64,000 nt of DNA from a virus. Made by a program: the position numbers and the translations under genes. The stretch spans positions 15,024 through 79,023 of the IMG/VR virus record IMGVR_UViG_3300009136_000001; one strand, written 5' to 3'. Below, one piece after another: positions 30,501 to 37,936 of the stretch. Position 1 is the stretch's first letter. Each line of letters begins with the position of its first letter. Below the pieces are notes generated by a model, which worked only from the letters and a program-made list of their open reading frames with translations, searched no databases and had not been told where the DNA came from.

Positions 30501-33500
30501 TCAAGGTACTGGAAGGCACCATAGCCGAGGAAGATGCCCGGATCAAGAATGAAGAGAGCAAGCAGGATATCAATACTGATACTACTGACTTTGACGATCG
30601 GATTAAATTCCTGAACAAGATCTCTCAGGATATCCAGGCTGCCAAGGAGAATCTGTTTGAAAGCATCTCGCATGTTCACCAGGCAGCGTACCCGTCACAG
30701 TCCAGCGTATACAGCACCGGGCAGGAAAAAGAATACAGCCCGATGTGGATCGACTTCGAATACCACCCCGGTGAGTATGATGCTGTCGAGATTCCGATGC
30801 AGACCCGAGAAGAATATTCCGAAGGCGTGCTACAAAGCAGCCAAGACTCCCTATCCAATTTCGAGGCAAGTTATGAGAATGAAGCTACTGCAGAGACTTC
30901 GCAACAAATTTTTGATGTCCTATCTAAGTTTGGTCATGTACGAGAGAACGGTCAACACCAGCGTCATCTACGCGGGATCCTGGATACAATTATAAACAAG
31001 GCTCTGAAGCCTGCTCAAGAATTCATTATCCAAGTTGGTGATGATGCCAAGGCGAGAAACGTCGGGCAGATTTCGGGTAAAACGATCCAGATACAGCTCG
31101 GTAAGTACCGTCCTGATCTATCCTTGAACCAATCCGCCGAGGAGATCTACATCCACGAACTGTTGCACGGCATAACAGCGAACGAACTGGATAGCAATTT
31201 TGCTCTGCGCCAGAAACTGGCTAAGCTATTCGAGACAGCGAAGAAGCACATCACTCCAGCCGATCTGATTACCCCAGCGGTAACCCAGACTCGTACTGTC
31301 ATGATGGATCACGTTGAAGCTCTGGCAGCTCAGGCACGCTACGACTACATCTTTAACAATCGGAATGCTACCGGAGGCTCAGACGGGCTGCATGAATTCC
31401 TGGCGTTTGGATTATCCAATGAGACCTTCGTCAAGAAGCTGGCAACTATCCCCTTTAAAGTTCCCAGGGAAAAAGCAACGAACGTGTTCGAAGCGCTGAT
31501 CAACCTGTTCCATAAGATATTCGAAGCAGTCGCATCTAAATACCACGGCAAAGTAAATGTCGGTAGCGATGTGTACTCACAGCTGTTGGATCTGACCAAG
31601 GATTTAACTGCCATCAATGAAGGCTGGCGTTTCCCAATGTCCGGCATGTTCGGAGCCATAAATGATCGGAAGCAATCTTTCGAGAATTCTGTGTATTCCA
31701 AAGGTGACGCACTTCGTAAGAAGCTGAACACCATGATCGATGCGGATAGAAGCGCAGTGCACCGCAAAATGTTCACCTTGGTTAACACCCTGAAAGCAGT
31801 ATCTCATGAGAAATTTGGTAAGACCCTTATCCAGTGGCTCCAAGACCACACTGAGGGCGACAGCTTCATGGGAGTCCTATGGAGAGAATTAGCAGGTGGC
31901 TCTGAACACTTCCGTAATTGGTTACCCCTGCTGCGGTACAGCAAGCAGCGGATCGATACTGCCCGCTTAGCAGCCAAGCAGAACATCATCCGAATTCTGG
32001 GCGAGACATTCGTCGAGGAAGCTACGGACGAAGAGAAAGAAATGCTGCATGATGCTTTGCTGAAAACTGACCTGGCAGCTCTCCTACCCCAGAACCCAAC
32101 CAACCGGGATATCCGGGAGATCATGAAACTCTTCAGTGACCCGGCTGAGATCGATGCCGCAATCAATGAGATCATGAAGAAGATCGGCAATGTGAAGCAG
32201 AAGACCTACTATCAAAAGCAGGCTAATAATCTGGGTTACTTCATGGCTACCGGCAACAACTCGCTGGAGCACGCCAACCTGAATGCATACAACATAGCTC
32301 GCCTGAGCTTAACCGATCGGGTGAATAACGATCTGGCTACCACGGATACCGTTGCTCTGATTGATCAACTGGCTTCCCTGTACGCAATTAAGTACACTTC
32401 TTCAGATGCGAAGGTATTATTTACCGAGTATGTTACCCGTACGTTAGCCACTGACTCCAAGACCAATGCTATTCGATTGATCCTGAACCTGCAGGCTGAC
32501 CATAAAGATTTCACCAGGGATAACCTGTTCAAGGATGAAGCTCACAGCGTCATCAAAGGTTTCACCAATGAGCTGATCGACCAGAACATAGCGGTCAAGG
32601 TCGGCAAAGTATCGGATGAAGCGATACTGGCGAAGCAGGGATTCAAGATAGCTTTCAAGATGGATAGCTTAGCTGATGGCGAGAAGATGGCTTTCTACAC
32701 AGCGATGAACGGAGCAGCCACAACCTACACCCGTACCATATTCAGTACAACTGCGGAAAATGTGAAGGGTACCACTCTCACAGCAGCGTTCATGAATGAT
32801 AACCCACTGGTAGGACGCTCCGAAGCGAAGCTGGCGCAGAATGCTCTGCGTAAGCAAGCAATGGAGAATATGAATAAGCAGTTCACCGGGAAGGTTCCTG
32901 ACCTGAGCCAAAGATCCACCAGGCAGAGAAATCCCCTGATCCCATTGGTTAACGCCAAAGGCGAGAGTTACGAGTACCGTCAGATCCTGAATCACCAGAT
33001 GAGGAAGGAGCACCTGAACGAGGACAGACGTATCGATGAAGTACTGGGTGCGATGTACGGAGCAATGAAGGACAAGCTGAATACTCGCAAGAATAATCAG
33101 ATCGTTATCGAGAACCTCTACAAGGATTATCAGGACAATTACGACAACGAGCCTGATCAGTTTGTCCGGGTAGGTGTGAATGGTGACTACGGTGACGTAT
33201 GGGCGGTAATCCCAGAGCAATCCAAAGAACACATCAGGAGCCTCACAGGAGTCCGTGAGATCTACATCCGGGCCGAAGTGGTAGATCTTGTCATGGGTTA
33301 CAGAAAGTTCTCCCTGAGCGATACCAAGATGGCTAAGCGGGTACTCCCCCCACAAGTTCGACACATCATGGATATCAGTGGAAAGGTTTGGCAGGAGATA
33401 GTTGCCCTTGGTGCTGTGCAGATCGTCGTGAAGACGCCTCAGGTGCTCGTAGACAACGTTCTCTCTAACACGATCATTCTTATCAGGGACGGATTAAATC

Positions 33501-34300
33501 CCACTGACATCGTTCGTAGGCACCTTGAGGGGATCGCTGCGCTGAACCAATACGAATTGGACATCTCTGAAGAGCAGAAACTGGTACTTGAACTCCAACA
33601 GGATGCTAATAATCACCGAAAAGTAGCAAAATTGGCAAAGGTTAGGGAATCAATCAAGAGAAATCCTGTCACTGAGCTTGTTACAGAGGGTATATTCCAG
33701 AGTATAACTGAGGATATTAACGTAAATAAGTACACGAGTGCGTCAACGATAGCCAATACCCGTGTAGGTAAGGCTGTCCAGAACAACATGCCAGGGTTTA
33801 TGACCCCTATATTTCAGCACGTATTCATGACTAAAGATACGTACCTGTTTAAACAGTTCCTAAAAGCAACTCAATACAGTGATTTCCTTGCTCGATACAC
33901 ACGGTATGCATTCCTGAAGGAGAAGGAAGGTCTTGATCAATTGGAAGGTGATGCTTACAGGCTGAAGAAAAATGAGATTCTTGCTGACCTGATTGAAGAT
34001 TACGTGAACTACGATGTGCCACAGCACAAGATGCTGCAGTACGCTAACGATATGGGGATGGTTCGTTTTACGAAGTATTTCTTGAGAACTCAACGAGTGA
34101 TCGTTAAGAAGTGGAAGCAGCAGCCAATCAATAACATGGCGTCAGTATGGTTACAGCAGGTGGTAGGTGATCAGCCAGATATCAATGACAGCTTCATGCC
34201 CTTTATGAGTCCAATGGATAAGGTATCTATCTTCGATGTTATATCTGATGCGACAGATCCGAAAGGCTTGGAACTGGCAGGTGGGTTGTTCGGACTATAG
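24593..34300 (+). CDS. Virion-encapsidated RNA polymerase (N4 gp50-like)
   Basis: 3235 aa; motif A ETDGVTSG, motif B RNLMKNPLMVYSYG, motif C IHDA; C-terminal HELLH; no Cys seen, as in N4 vRNAP. Confidence 0.95.
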   Translation: MAFSTNFKAVNSAFLQIGKSIELAEGTERKKAQLDFKTEKLSLDKIIDGDTVLITNPDGTTRKMRLANGGTGRSLDTYETFKDLETMDPEMRVRMESKLLRQRGALARERGVDLDDVTNENVFEQGEKGRAALYQSLLDGQNPEDLGGPHDTSPLFEYADLGTEGKYKRALGLTRNRSGVISNLALNTPELNAAYGSDYNAVGRQAYSQAIEEQERAAAKRRAETGLSDEFAATGVGAVVDTTGRLAAGAQHVIGMVADLPLAGIEWMADGLEPNPELEGTDGYNELVHNITQFKKQTKENRSAVAKLFEGGTKFWKSFTNDKKVEETMASLEKAWDHDRFASDFAGILVENPHATLQFLGESIPFMYTAAKKGAALPFGAAFTGENYKAGVELYEATYDKAPETEEKALILAGAGFIAAMNSAASKYVTGEEGMKIMLRKLGFKGMNSFMTQTAAKLGANIPAGRLKSMSEMLLKTSVTALTPAAQLATRGAVEFVQEGSESLITKGSVFRDFSQTFTDSNLKEAAVSGAIGFGTGATAGPTFQAAGVVKLAGIVGKQTVEKGVKAAENIPFNRDVANFRVDQGDEVVSGGTAESLLREINEEFAVFESEAEANELANNPQEFERRSAQLMAKTMDLATHLQKMDKKTRAKNPEMQEAVNKVVSAINLQSAADANAKVEQIENLLASENVDEQQQGIDRVLGSSEEALSVSTETIDKAIEVSPNESVTQQLNEIKRKKTLEEVAEDVLRGKPGSGFIGVKNRQYIAERLLKSGDIDGANEQLAEIRRFREVHGEKATTLINAQKQFKETGRGQTVEIGGQNFFVDARSKKLINQVRAEVFALNEVGMALKKTIADAQVNTPEVEETQSETEETQIETPVTAPAAVQGLVVPTASDISTQLKEARKGSTDALKRLQEQAEVLAQAGNKKVAKKITDSIKKIEEAATAEREAAEQEAADEAINDSIPDSGIQNELELKRGDYELLDVLETSKSNKRTPLDVPASNKLIQAFNFTRVTLSTFFSRSAKSKANEAQEPIDETDAEHLELLNEQFKKYRNIAKRLPKLVGKELKALQTFTNKQGKQVKAGGHGDDIMMDMAALLLETDKDGNLMLPDDVILASFMGAMNWMTHQSKATLWNDDKLINQQLSQAPNSTLTSEQKRLMRERGSKRDFVAKTIGTDIFNSLALKADTSQPLAREKMIMSLGLFATKVMSAMEEDGDKWLTEDSVLLENLANVSKSSEKVQEKASQVFFMRISPDSKNNLQEAPGLTKVIDQFSAAMPTARKLFNLENYERKPRSKPSKKVNDAPRGNLFKAGATALARVLHLQQVPWTMNATGDLTAKLSDGLLKSISGYTEDVATTVHITQQGAVAAVNRQIDDGIKYAKEMREALEDPASGFENGELFFDYEIWSNSRVGMTSNTFDPQNSKYHRHIVSPKSHKTTVNSKRRLANFKRGIALAFDYSDKGAADDFKTGAQLEGTLSSVEEEFDRIIHDPKVRAAISAIREVQAQEGAASEAQERIILSAVGDSDTKFHGLEALVELSSALGTRFGLKKSFTTTLSVETDGVTSGVTLGLMQAPIVNNIQTWLARGGIFLNGNFTNLGDAREAIPTDSYQQLVLDAVKMLEQVNPAGLEQVEAILGKLTEDGAVTSVGRNLMKNPLMVYSYGAGEFAIKRHMAGAIQTALYEKLAETNGDKEAMDELSQTVSALMRQNVVFEDHLTSEFSKSEQEAFDKAIYDSIGDATVSSLDHNFKEMADQRKVLLQALSISFHTFEMKYIEAVQKYKDSNGITSQFLSKEQKKEVLNRPDVKPFIPYFNSPYGTKNRESAVSILAEEIVRGIINDENRGASFFTPTVSNRIPSYTSDTSGSQVGQSGQSSSALVKNKRYRVDGVAALPKMIHTLDSTLILDTLNKFDGLNIHDAGMYSVDSVDNATKLYNQKVFETGRNYSLIGDITQMVTNQTSKLTEEEKVKVLEGTIAEEDARIKNEESKQDINTDTTDFDDRIKFLNKISQDIQAAKENLFESISHVHQAAYPSQSSVYSTGQEKEYSPMWIDFEYHPGEYDAVEIPMQTREEYSEGVLQSSQDSLSNFEASYENEATAETSQQIFDVLSKFGHVRENGQHQRHLRGILDTIINKALKPAQEFIIQVGDDAKARNVGQISGKTIQIQLGKYRPDLSLNQSAEEIYIHELLHGITANELDSNFALRQKLAKLFETAKKHITPADLITPAVTQTRTVMMDHVEALAAQARYDYIFNNRNATGGSDGLHEFLAFGLSNETFVKKLATIPFKVPREKATNVFEALINLFHKIFEAVASKYHGKVNVGSDVYSQLLDLTKDLTAINEGWRFPMSGMFGAINDRKQSFENSVYSKGDALRKKLNTMIDADRSAVHRKMFTLVNTLKAVSHEKFGKTLIQWLQDHTEGDSFMGVLWRELAGGSEHFRNWLPLLRYSKQRIDTARLAAKQNIIRILGETFVEEATDEEKEMLHDALLKTDLAALLPQNPTNRDIREIMKLFSDPAEIDAAINEIMKKIGNVKQKTYYQKQANNLGYFMATGNNSLEHANLNAYNIARLSLTDRVNNDLATTDTVALIDQLASLYAIKYTSSDAKVLFTEYVTRTLATDSKTNAIRLILNLQADHKDFTRDNLFKDEAHSVIKGFTNELIDQNIAVKVGKVSDEAILAKQGFKIAFKMDSLADGEKMAFYTAMNGAATTYTRTIFSTTAENVKGTTLTAAFMNDNPLVGRSEAKLAQNALRKQAMENMNKQFTGKVPDLSQRSTRQRNPLIPLVNAKGESYEYRQILNHQMRKEHLNEDRRIDEVLGAMYGAMKDKLNTRKNNQIVIENLYKDYQDNYDNEPDQFVRVGVNGDYGDVWAVIPEQSKEHIRSLTGVREIYIRAEVVDLVMGYRKFSLSDTKMAKRVLPPQVRHIMDISGKVWQEIVALGAVQIVVKTPQVLVDNVLSNTIILIRDGLNPTDIVRRHLEGIAALNQYELDISEEQKLVLELQQDANNHRKVAKLAKVRESIKRNPVTELVTEGIFQSITEDINVNKYTSASTIANTRVGKAVQNNMPGFMTPIFQHVFMTKDTYLFKQFLKATQYSDFLARYTRYAFLKEKEGLDQLEGDAYRLKKNEILADLIEDYVNYDVPQHKMLQYANDMGMVRFTKYFLRTQRVIVKKWKQQPINNMASVWLQQVVGDQPDINDSFMPFMSPMDKVSIFDVISDATDPKGLELAGGLFGL

Positions 34301-34516
34301 TCCCCGGTTCTCTATCCCTGTCCATGGGTGAGCATCAGGTTTATTCGGCAACTCTCGTGGTTCCCAAGATAGGATTGTTCCAGCTCCAGTGCCTGAATAA
34401 AAATCAAACAGAACGATACCCGGTTCATCTTCGCTATGGCATCCTATGACTGTTACGATTTCATCCATGTAGAGAATTTCTGCAGTAATGGGTTGTCCAG
34501 GTGTAGGGAGTTCCAT
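34295..34516 (-). CDS. Hypothetical protein
   Basis: 73 aa with a GAGGA RBS, convergent with the vRNAP. Confidence 0.5.
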   Translation of the reverse strand: MELPTPGQPITAEILYMDEIVTVIGCHSEDEPGIVLFDFYSGTGAGTILSWEPRELPNKPDAHPWTGIENRGL

Positions 34517-34535
34517 GCGTGTATCCTCTAAGGGT

Positions 34536-34604
34536 TGGGGTGAGGCGGGGAATCGAACCCCTCCCCACGAGTCACAGTCGTAGGTCTTCCCTGAAGTACC
34601 TCAC
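34536..34604 (-). tRNA. Atypical tRNA-His(GTG)
   Basis: GTGAGGT/GCCTCAC acceptor + C-CCA, anticodon loop CT-GTG-AC, T-loop TTCGATT; D-loop only 3 nt. Confidence 0.65.
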
Positions 34605-34613
34605 AGCCGAAAT

Positions 34614-34684
34614 TGGTAGCGGGAATGGGAACTGCCCCCACCTGCCACAGGTTATGAGCCTGGGCTTCTCTATTGAACCCCGCA
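34614..34684 (-). tRNA. Atypical tRNA-Met(CAT), initiator-like 1:72 mismatch
   Basis: TGCGGGG/TCCCGCT + A-CCA, loop CT-CAT-AA, non-canonical T-loop GGCAGTT and reduced D-arm. Confidence 0.6.
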
Positions 34685-34690
34685 CTAAAT

Positions 34691-34765
34691 TGGCTCCAGA
34701 GGCTGGGATCGAACCAACGACAAGCGACTTAACAGGCCGCTGCTCTACCGCTGAGCTACACTGGA
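34691..34765 (-). tRNA. tRNA-Asn(GTT)
   Basis: Canonical cloverleaf: TAGCTCAGCGGTAGAGC, GCGGC-CTGTTAA-GTCGC, GGTTCGATCC, CCA. Confidence 0.95.
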
Positions 34766-34767
34766 AT

Positions 34768-34844
34768 TGGTTGTCAGAGCTGGACTCGAACCAGCGACCC
34801 AGCGCTTATCGAGCGCTTGCTCTACCAAACTGAGCTATCCGACA
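34768..34844 (-). tRNA. tRNA-Ile(GAT)
   Basis: Canonical cloverleaf: AGCGC-TCGATAA-GCGCT, GGTTCGAGTCC, CCA; C at position 33. Confidence 0.92.
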
Positions 34845-34849
34845 AAAGC

Positions 34850-34897
34850 GTCAACGAGATCTGCGGTGCGGGCTTCACCCGTTGACTATGCACCGCA
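34850..34897. ncRNA. Candidate pseudoknotted RNA abutting the tRNA cluster
   Basis: Crossed stems GTCAAC/GTTGAC and TGCGGTGC/GCACCGCA with a nested GGG-CTTCA-CCC hairpin. Confidence 0.45.
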
Positions 34898-34974
34898 CGT
34901 AGGTATGAAGTACTGTAACCAGTATCCCATGTTAAAGCAAAAGAATCCATACAGATTGATAATTATTATTATTC

Positions 34975-35415
34975 TCATTTTCGCATGAACTCCCTGATAA
35001 ACGTTTTGTAGTGCGTCCACCCGTGCCAACGGTAACCGTATTCTCGGATCCGTGGGCCTGTTAGAAACAGTGTCCAGGCAGTGTCAGTTGTGAGGATTAA
35101 GCGATGCATCATTCTGGGGTTCCGAAAGTAAGGTATACCCCTGTGGAGTACTCGACTGACTTCGATACCTTCAGCATTCTCATACAATTCGGTAAGTCCG
35201 CCTTTCAACTTAAAGCTCACATTCCACCAAGGGTGGTCATGCAACGCTCCAGCAAAATCACTGCCCCGGAATCGGTGCAGATAGATGTTGAAATATTTAT
35301 TCCGAGGAATGATATACCAGCGGTCTAAGTAGTTACGACCGATTGTACGCATGTACGGAGTGGATCTGTCTTTTCCGTTATCTTTCATCATTGCCTCGTA
35401 TGAACTATCGTACAT
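34975..35415 (-). CDS. Cupin-fold (cysteine dioxygenase-like) protein
   Basis: NIYLHRF..SD...LHDHPW....LKGG..E...HR...WTLFLTG. Confidence 0.7.
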   Translation of the reverse strand: MYDSSYEAMMKDNGKDRSTPYMRTIGRNYLDRWYIIPRNKYFNIYLHRFRGSDFAGALHDHPWWNVSFKLKGGLTELYENAEGIEVSRVLHRGIPYFRNPRMMHRLILTTDTAWTLFLTGPRIREYGYRWHGWTHYKTFIREFMRK

Positions 35416-35449
35416 TATTTATGAACTTTCATTAATAATGGACAGAGAT

Positions 35450-35518
35450 AAAAAATGAACGCCCTACGCTTCGGCGATACTGCACGGTCAGGAAACCAAC
35501 GGTGGGCAGGGCGTTCAA
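35450..35518 (-). terminator. Multibranch hairpin/terminator or ncRNA
   Basis: TGAACGCCCT/AGGGCGTTCA 10-bp closing stem with internal hairpins, followed by a T tract on the - strand. Confidence 0.5.
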
Positions 35519-35542
35519 CTACTACATAATCCTTGGGTAGGA

Positions 35543-35725
35543 TTATTCTTCGACAGTTTCCCCTTCTGGAACGGAGGATACTGTTTCTTCTTCACTCACT
35601 GGATCACACGCTTCCTCTGCAGGAGGCGGGTTTAACCCAAGCTGATCTCTCAGCGATTCGTTCTCAGCTTCGAGAGCGATATTACGTTGCTTCAAGCGAA
35701 CGTTTGCTTCTTCTAACGAGGGCAT
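35543..35725 (-). CDS. Hypothetical coiled-coil protein
   Basis: 60 aa with an AGGA RBS. Confidence 0.5.
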   Translation of the reverse strand: MPSLEEANVRLKQRNIALEAENESLRDQLGLNPPPAEEACDPVSEEETVSSVPEGETVEE

Positions 35726-36059
35726 ATTATGTCCTATGTTGTGGGTGAATCAATTCTTTCACAGTAAGCTTCAACTGATTGCTTACCGTATTCGGGTCTT
35801 CCTTTCACAGCCCAGGCTCGCATAAGCTGCCTGACTTGCTTTCGGAATTCCCAAGGTGATCTATTACAATGCTGACACTCGTAAACGAAGTCATGGGAGT
35901 TCTTCATTATCCCAGGATATGTCCAAACAGGAATATAGCAAAACATTGCCACGGGTAGTTACCCAGGATGAATTCGAGACCTTCCATTAGAACAGGGCGA
36001 ATCCGATTAATATTCCGACAGGGTAAGCCAGAGCTGCGGCAAGATACCACAGAATTGTG

Positions 36060-36281
36060 TCAGTAGTCATTAGCGCATTCCTCGCAGGTACCATCACCTG
36101 AGTCTTCGTGAATTTCACACCACCAACCGCAGTCTTCGCAGTTGAAGATCCATTGATCGAACTCATTCGCAAACTCGGAATCGGATTCTAAAAAGTCCCG
36201 ATCGTCATCGCTGAGGCATTGGCATGTACCTTGGTACATTTCGACCATGGTGTCGATGCGTGCGTTATCAAACTGGTTCAT
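36060..36281 (-). CDS. Small Cys-rich (zinc-finger-like) protein
   Basis: CEDCGWWC...CEEC. Confidence 0.55.
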   Translation of the reverse strand: MNQFDNARIDTMVEMYQGTCQCLSDDDRDFLESDSEFANEFDQWIFNCEDCGWWCEIHEDSGDGTCEECANDY

Positions 36282-36571
36282 GCGATTGCTACTTCTTCGA
36301 TCCAGACGATTTCCTTACGTCCACTGACACTGTTCTCACGACGGAGACCTGAGTCACGGATTAAACCTTTGCGTACCATGGGTCGCCATCTTGGGCTGGT
36401 AGCATTTGCTAAGCGTCCGAGCATAGTTGCTGCTTCGGTATTGGTGATGCCTTGACTACCAGCATTCTGAACCAGGGTTAAGCATTCCTGCTCACCTTTG
36501 TTAGCGCGAACGGCATTCGCTGCGTCAACTGAGGTATCGGGATCGTTAATTCGGTATTGACCATTACTCAT
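36278..36571 (-). CDS. Winged-HTH DNA-binding protein
   Basis: DPDTSVDAA, GITNTE, SPRWRPMVRKGLIRDSG.RR...SGR...VW. Confidence 0.7.
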   Translation of the reverse strand: MSNGQYRINDPDTSVDAANAVRANKGEQECLTLVQNAGSQGITNTEAATMLGRLANATSPRWRPMVRKGLIRDSGLRRENSVSGRKEIVWIEEVAIA

Positions 36572-36771
36572 GAGTCTATTTCTCCGTATTTGCGGGGGTT
36601 GTTAAAATTGGGAACTACGCCAGTGCGTTGTTCAGTAATCTTGATATCTTTGAGTCCCAGGGTGCGTAGATACACAGCCATTTGTTGTTTGGCATCATCA
36701 TGGTTCTTCGCCGGGAAGCGCTTCATGATTGTGGCTTCGACCTTGGCTTGTACATCAAATTTCTTATCCAT
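36568..36771 (-). CDS. Hypothetical protein
   Basis: Coupled ORF. Confidence 0.5.
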   Translation of the reverse strand: MDKKFDVQAKVEATIMKRFPAKNHDDAKQQMAVYLRTLGLKDIKITEQRTGVVPNFNNPRKYGEIDS

Positions 36772-37105
36772 CGTTACCTGCCAGGGATTTAGTTAGATCG
36801 GACATGCGTTCACCCTTCTCTAAAGAGATACAGTAGCCTTGTTCGGTCATTGCCCAGAATAGGCCAGTACAGGTTTCACACATATGGAAATCTGCCATTG
36901 CAATTTCGTCACCGTGGATCCTTTCCTCGATGTCTGTTTCAGTTCGTCTGGTTTTCCCGAAGGTGCCGCAATCATCACCAATTTTAATGACTTCTTTGCA
37001 GCTGAAGCAACGCTTGTTTCGTGAAGTGTTGAGGGGAGCGAAGTCGATGGGTGCTGTGTAGTACCAGCCATAGTCTCCGAAACCACAATCACAGGATACG
37101 CTCAT
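36764..37105 (-). CDS. Cys-rich hypothetical protein
   Basis: CDC, CFSC and CETC motifs. Confidence 0.6.
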   Translation of the reverse strand: MSVSCDCGFGDYGWYYTAPIDFAPLNTSRNKRCFSCKEVIKIGDDCGTFGKTRRTETDIEERIHGDEIAMADFHMCETCTGLFWAMTEQGYCISLEKGERMSDLTKSLAGNDG

Positions 37106-37275
37106 TAGTCATCTCTCACGGATAGAACATTCAGGTTGTAGGAAGCACAGATAGACCAATCAAAGATTTCGGACAGGGATAGTTGCTCAGCCTGGTCGGT
37201 AGCATCTTCATCGGTCTCGGCGTTGATCGGTACTTCAGTATCGAATTCGATACTAACGGTCACCCACTTCTTCAT
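37105..37275 (-). CDS. Small hypothetical protein (56 aa, not in ORF track)
   Basis: MKKWVTVSIEFD..., GGAG RBS, TAATG coupling. Confidence 0.5.
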   Translation of the reverse strand: MKKWVTVSIEFDTEVPINAETDEDATDQAEQLSLSEIFDWSICASYNLNVLSVRDD

Positions 37276-37393
37276 AAGTGTAGCTCCTCTATTGTCCAGA
37301 TGTAACCAGGTGGAAAGCCTTGAGTGCGTTGACGCGCTGAAGAGTAATTCGTTGCACGGAATACCATCTCTTGACGGTTACCGTTAAAGATTT

Positions 37394-37936
37394 TTATCTT
37401 CCACCAGCGCATAACAGTTCCTCATATGGCATATTGTGTTCGTTGATGACATTCCAAAGAGCCATGTCTTCCCAATATTTCTCTTGGATCTCATCCTCTC
37501 GGTAGGTCGAGATGGGAAAGAAATCCCACTTTGAAGAAGCATTTATGTTTCTTTTGGATTGCTTGAAGGGGGAAAAGTCCACTTTTTCAAATAAAGCAAC
37601 ATATGTGGGCATAAAGAATGTGCCGTACCACCATTGATCTATCTGTGGCTTCCAGAGATCGACATCTTTTGAGTCTTCATCACTGAGTACACGGTCAATA
37701 TACGCTTCCCAGGATATTGTGGGCCTATCTCCTGCAGCGTATATGACATTGTTTAGCATGTAGTAGGCACTGTGTAGCCTCCTAATGGGATCTCTCAACC
37801 AAACTACACGATTGGGTATGCTGAGTGCTTCGTCCGCTGTAATCGATCTACGGAAGGTCGAGGACAGTAGTTTGGACGCATTCCGGCGAATCTGCATGAT
37901 GCAGGTATCCGGAGCAACCATTGTCCACTTGTTCAC
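37394..37936 (-). CDS. Sulfotransferase family 2-like protein
   Basis: RRNASK (5'-PSB-like KxAS), LRDPIRRLHSAY (3'-PB RxPxxRxxSxY), WKPQ, N-A-S, Y.EDMALW. Confidence 0.65.
   Translation of the reverse strand: MNKWTMVAPDTCIMQIRRNASKLLSSTFRRSITADEALSIPNRVVWLRDPIRRLHSAYYMLNNVIYAAGDRPTISWEAYIDRVLSDEDSKDVDLWKPQIDQWWYGTFFMPTYVALFEKVDFSPFKQSKRNINASSKWDFFPISTYREDEIQEKYWEDMALWNVINEHNMPYEELLCAGGR

Noticed and set aside
32669-33364. 231-aa antisense ORF (and similar ones) inside the vRNAP
   Set aside because: Shadow frames of a conserved gene.
34519-34988. + strand ORFs across the tRNA cluster
   Set aside because: They are translations of tRNA reverse complements.
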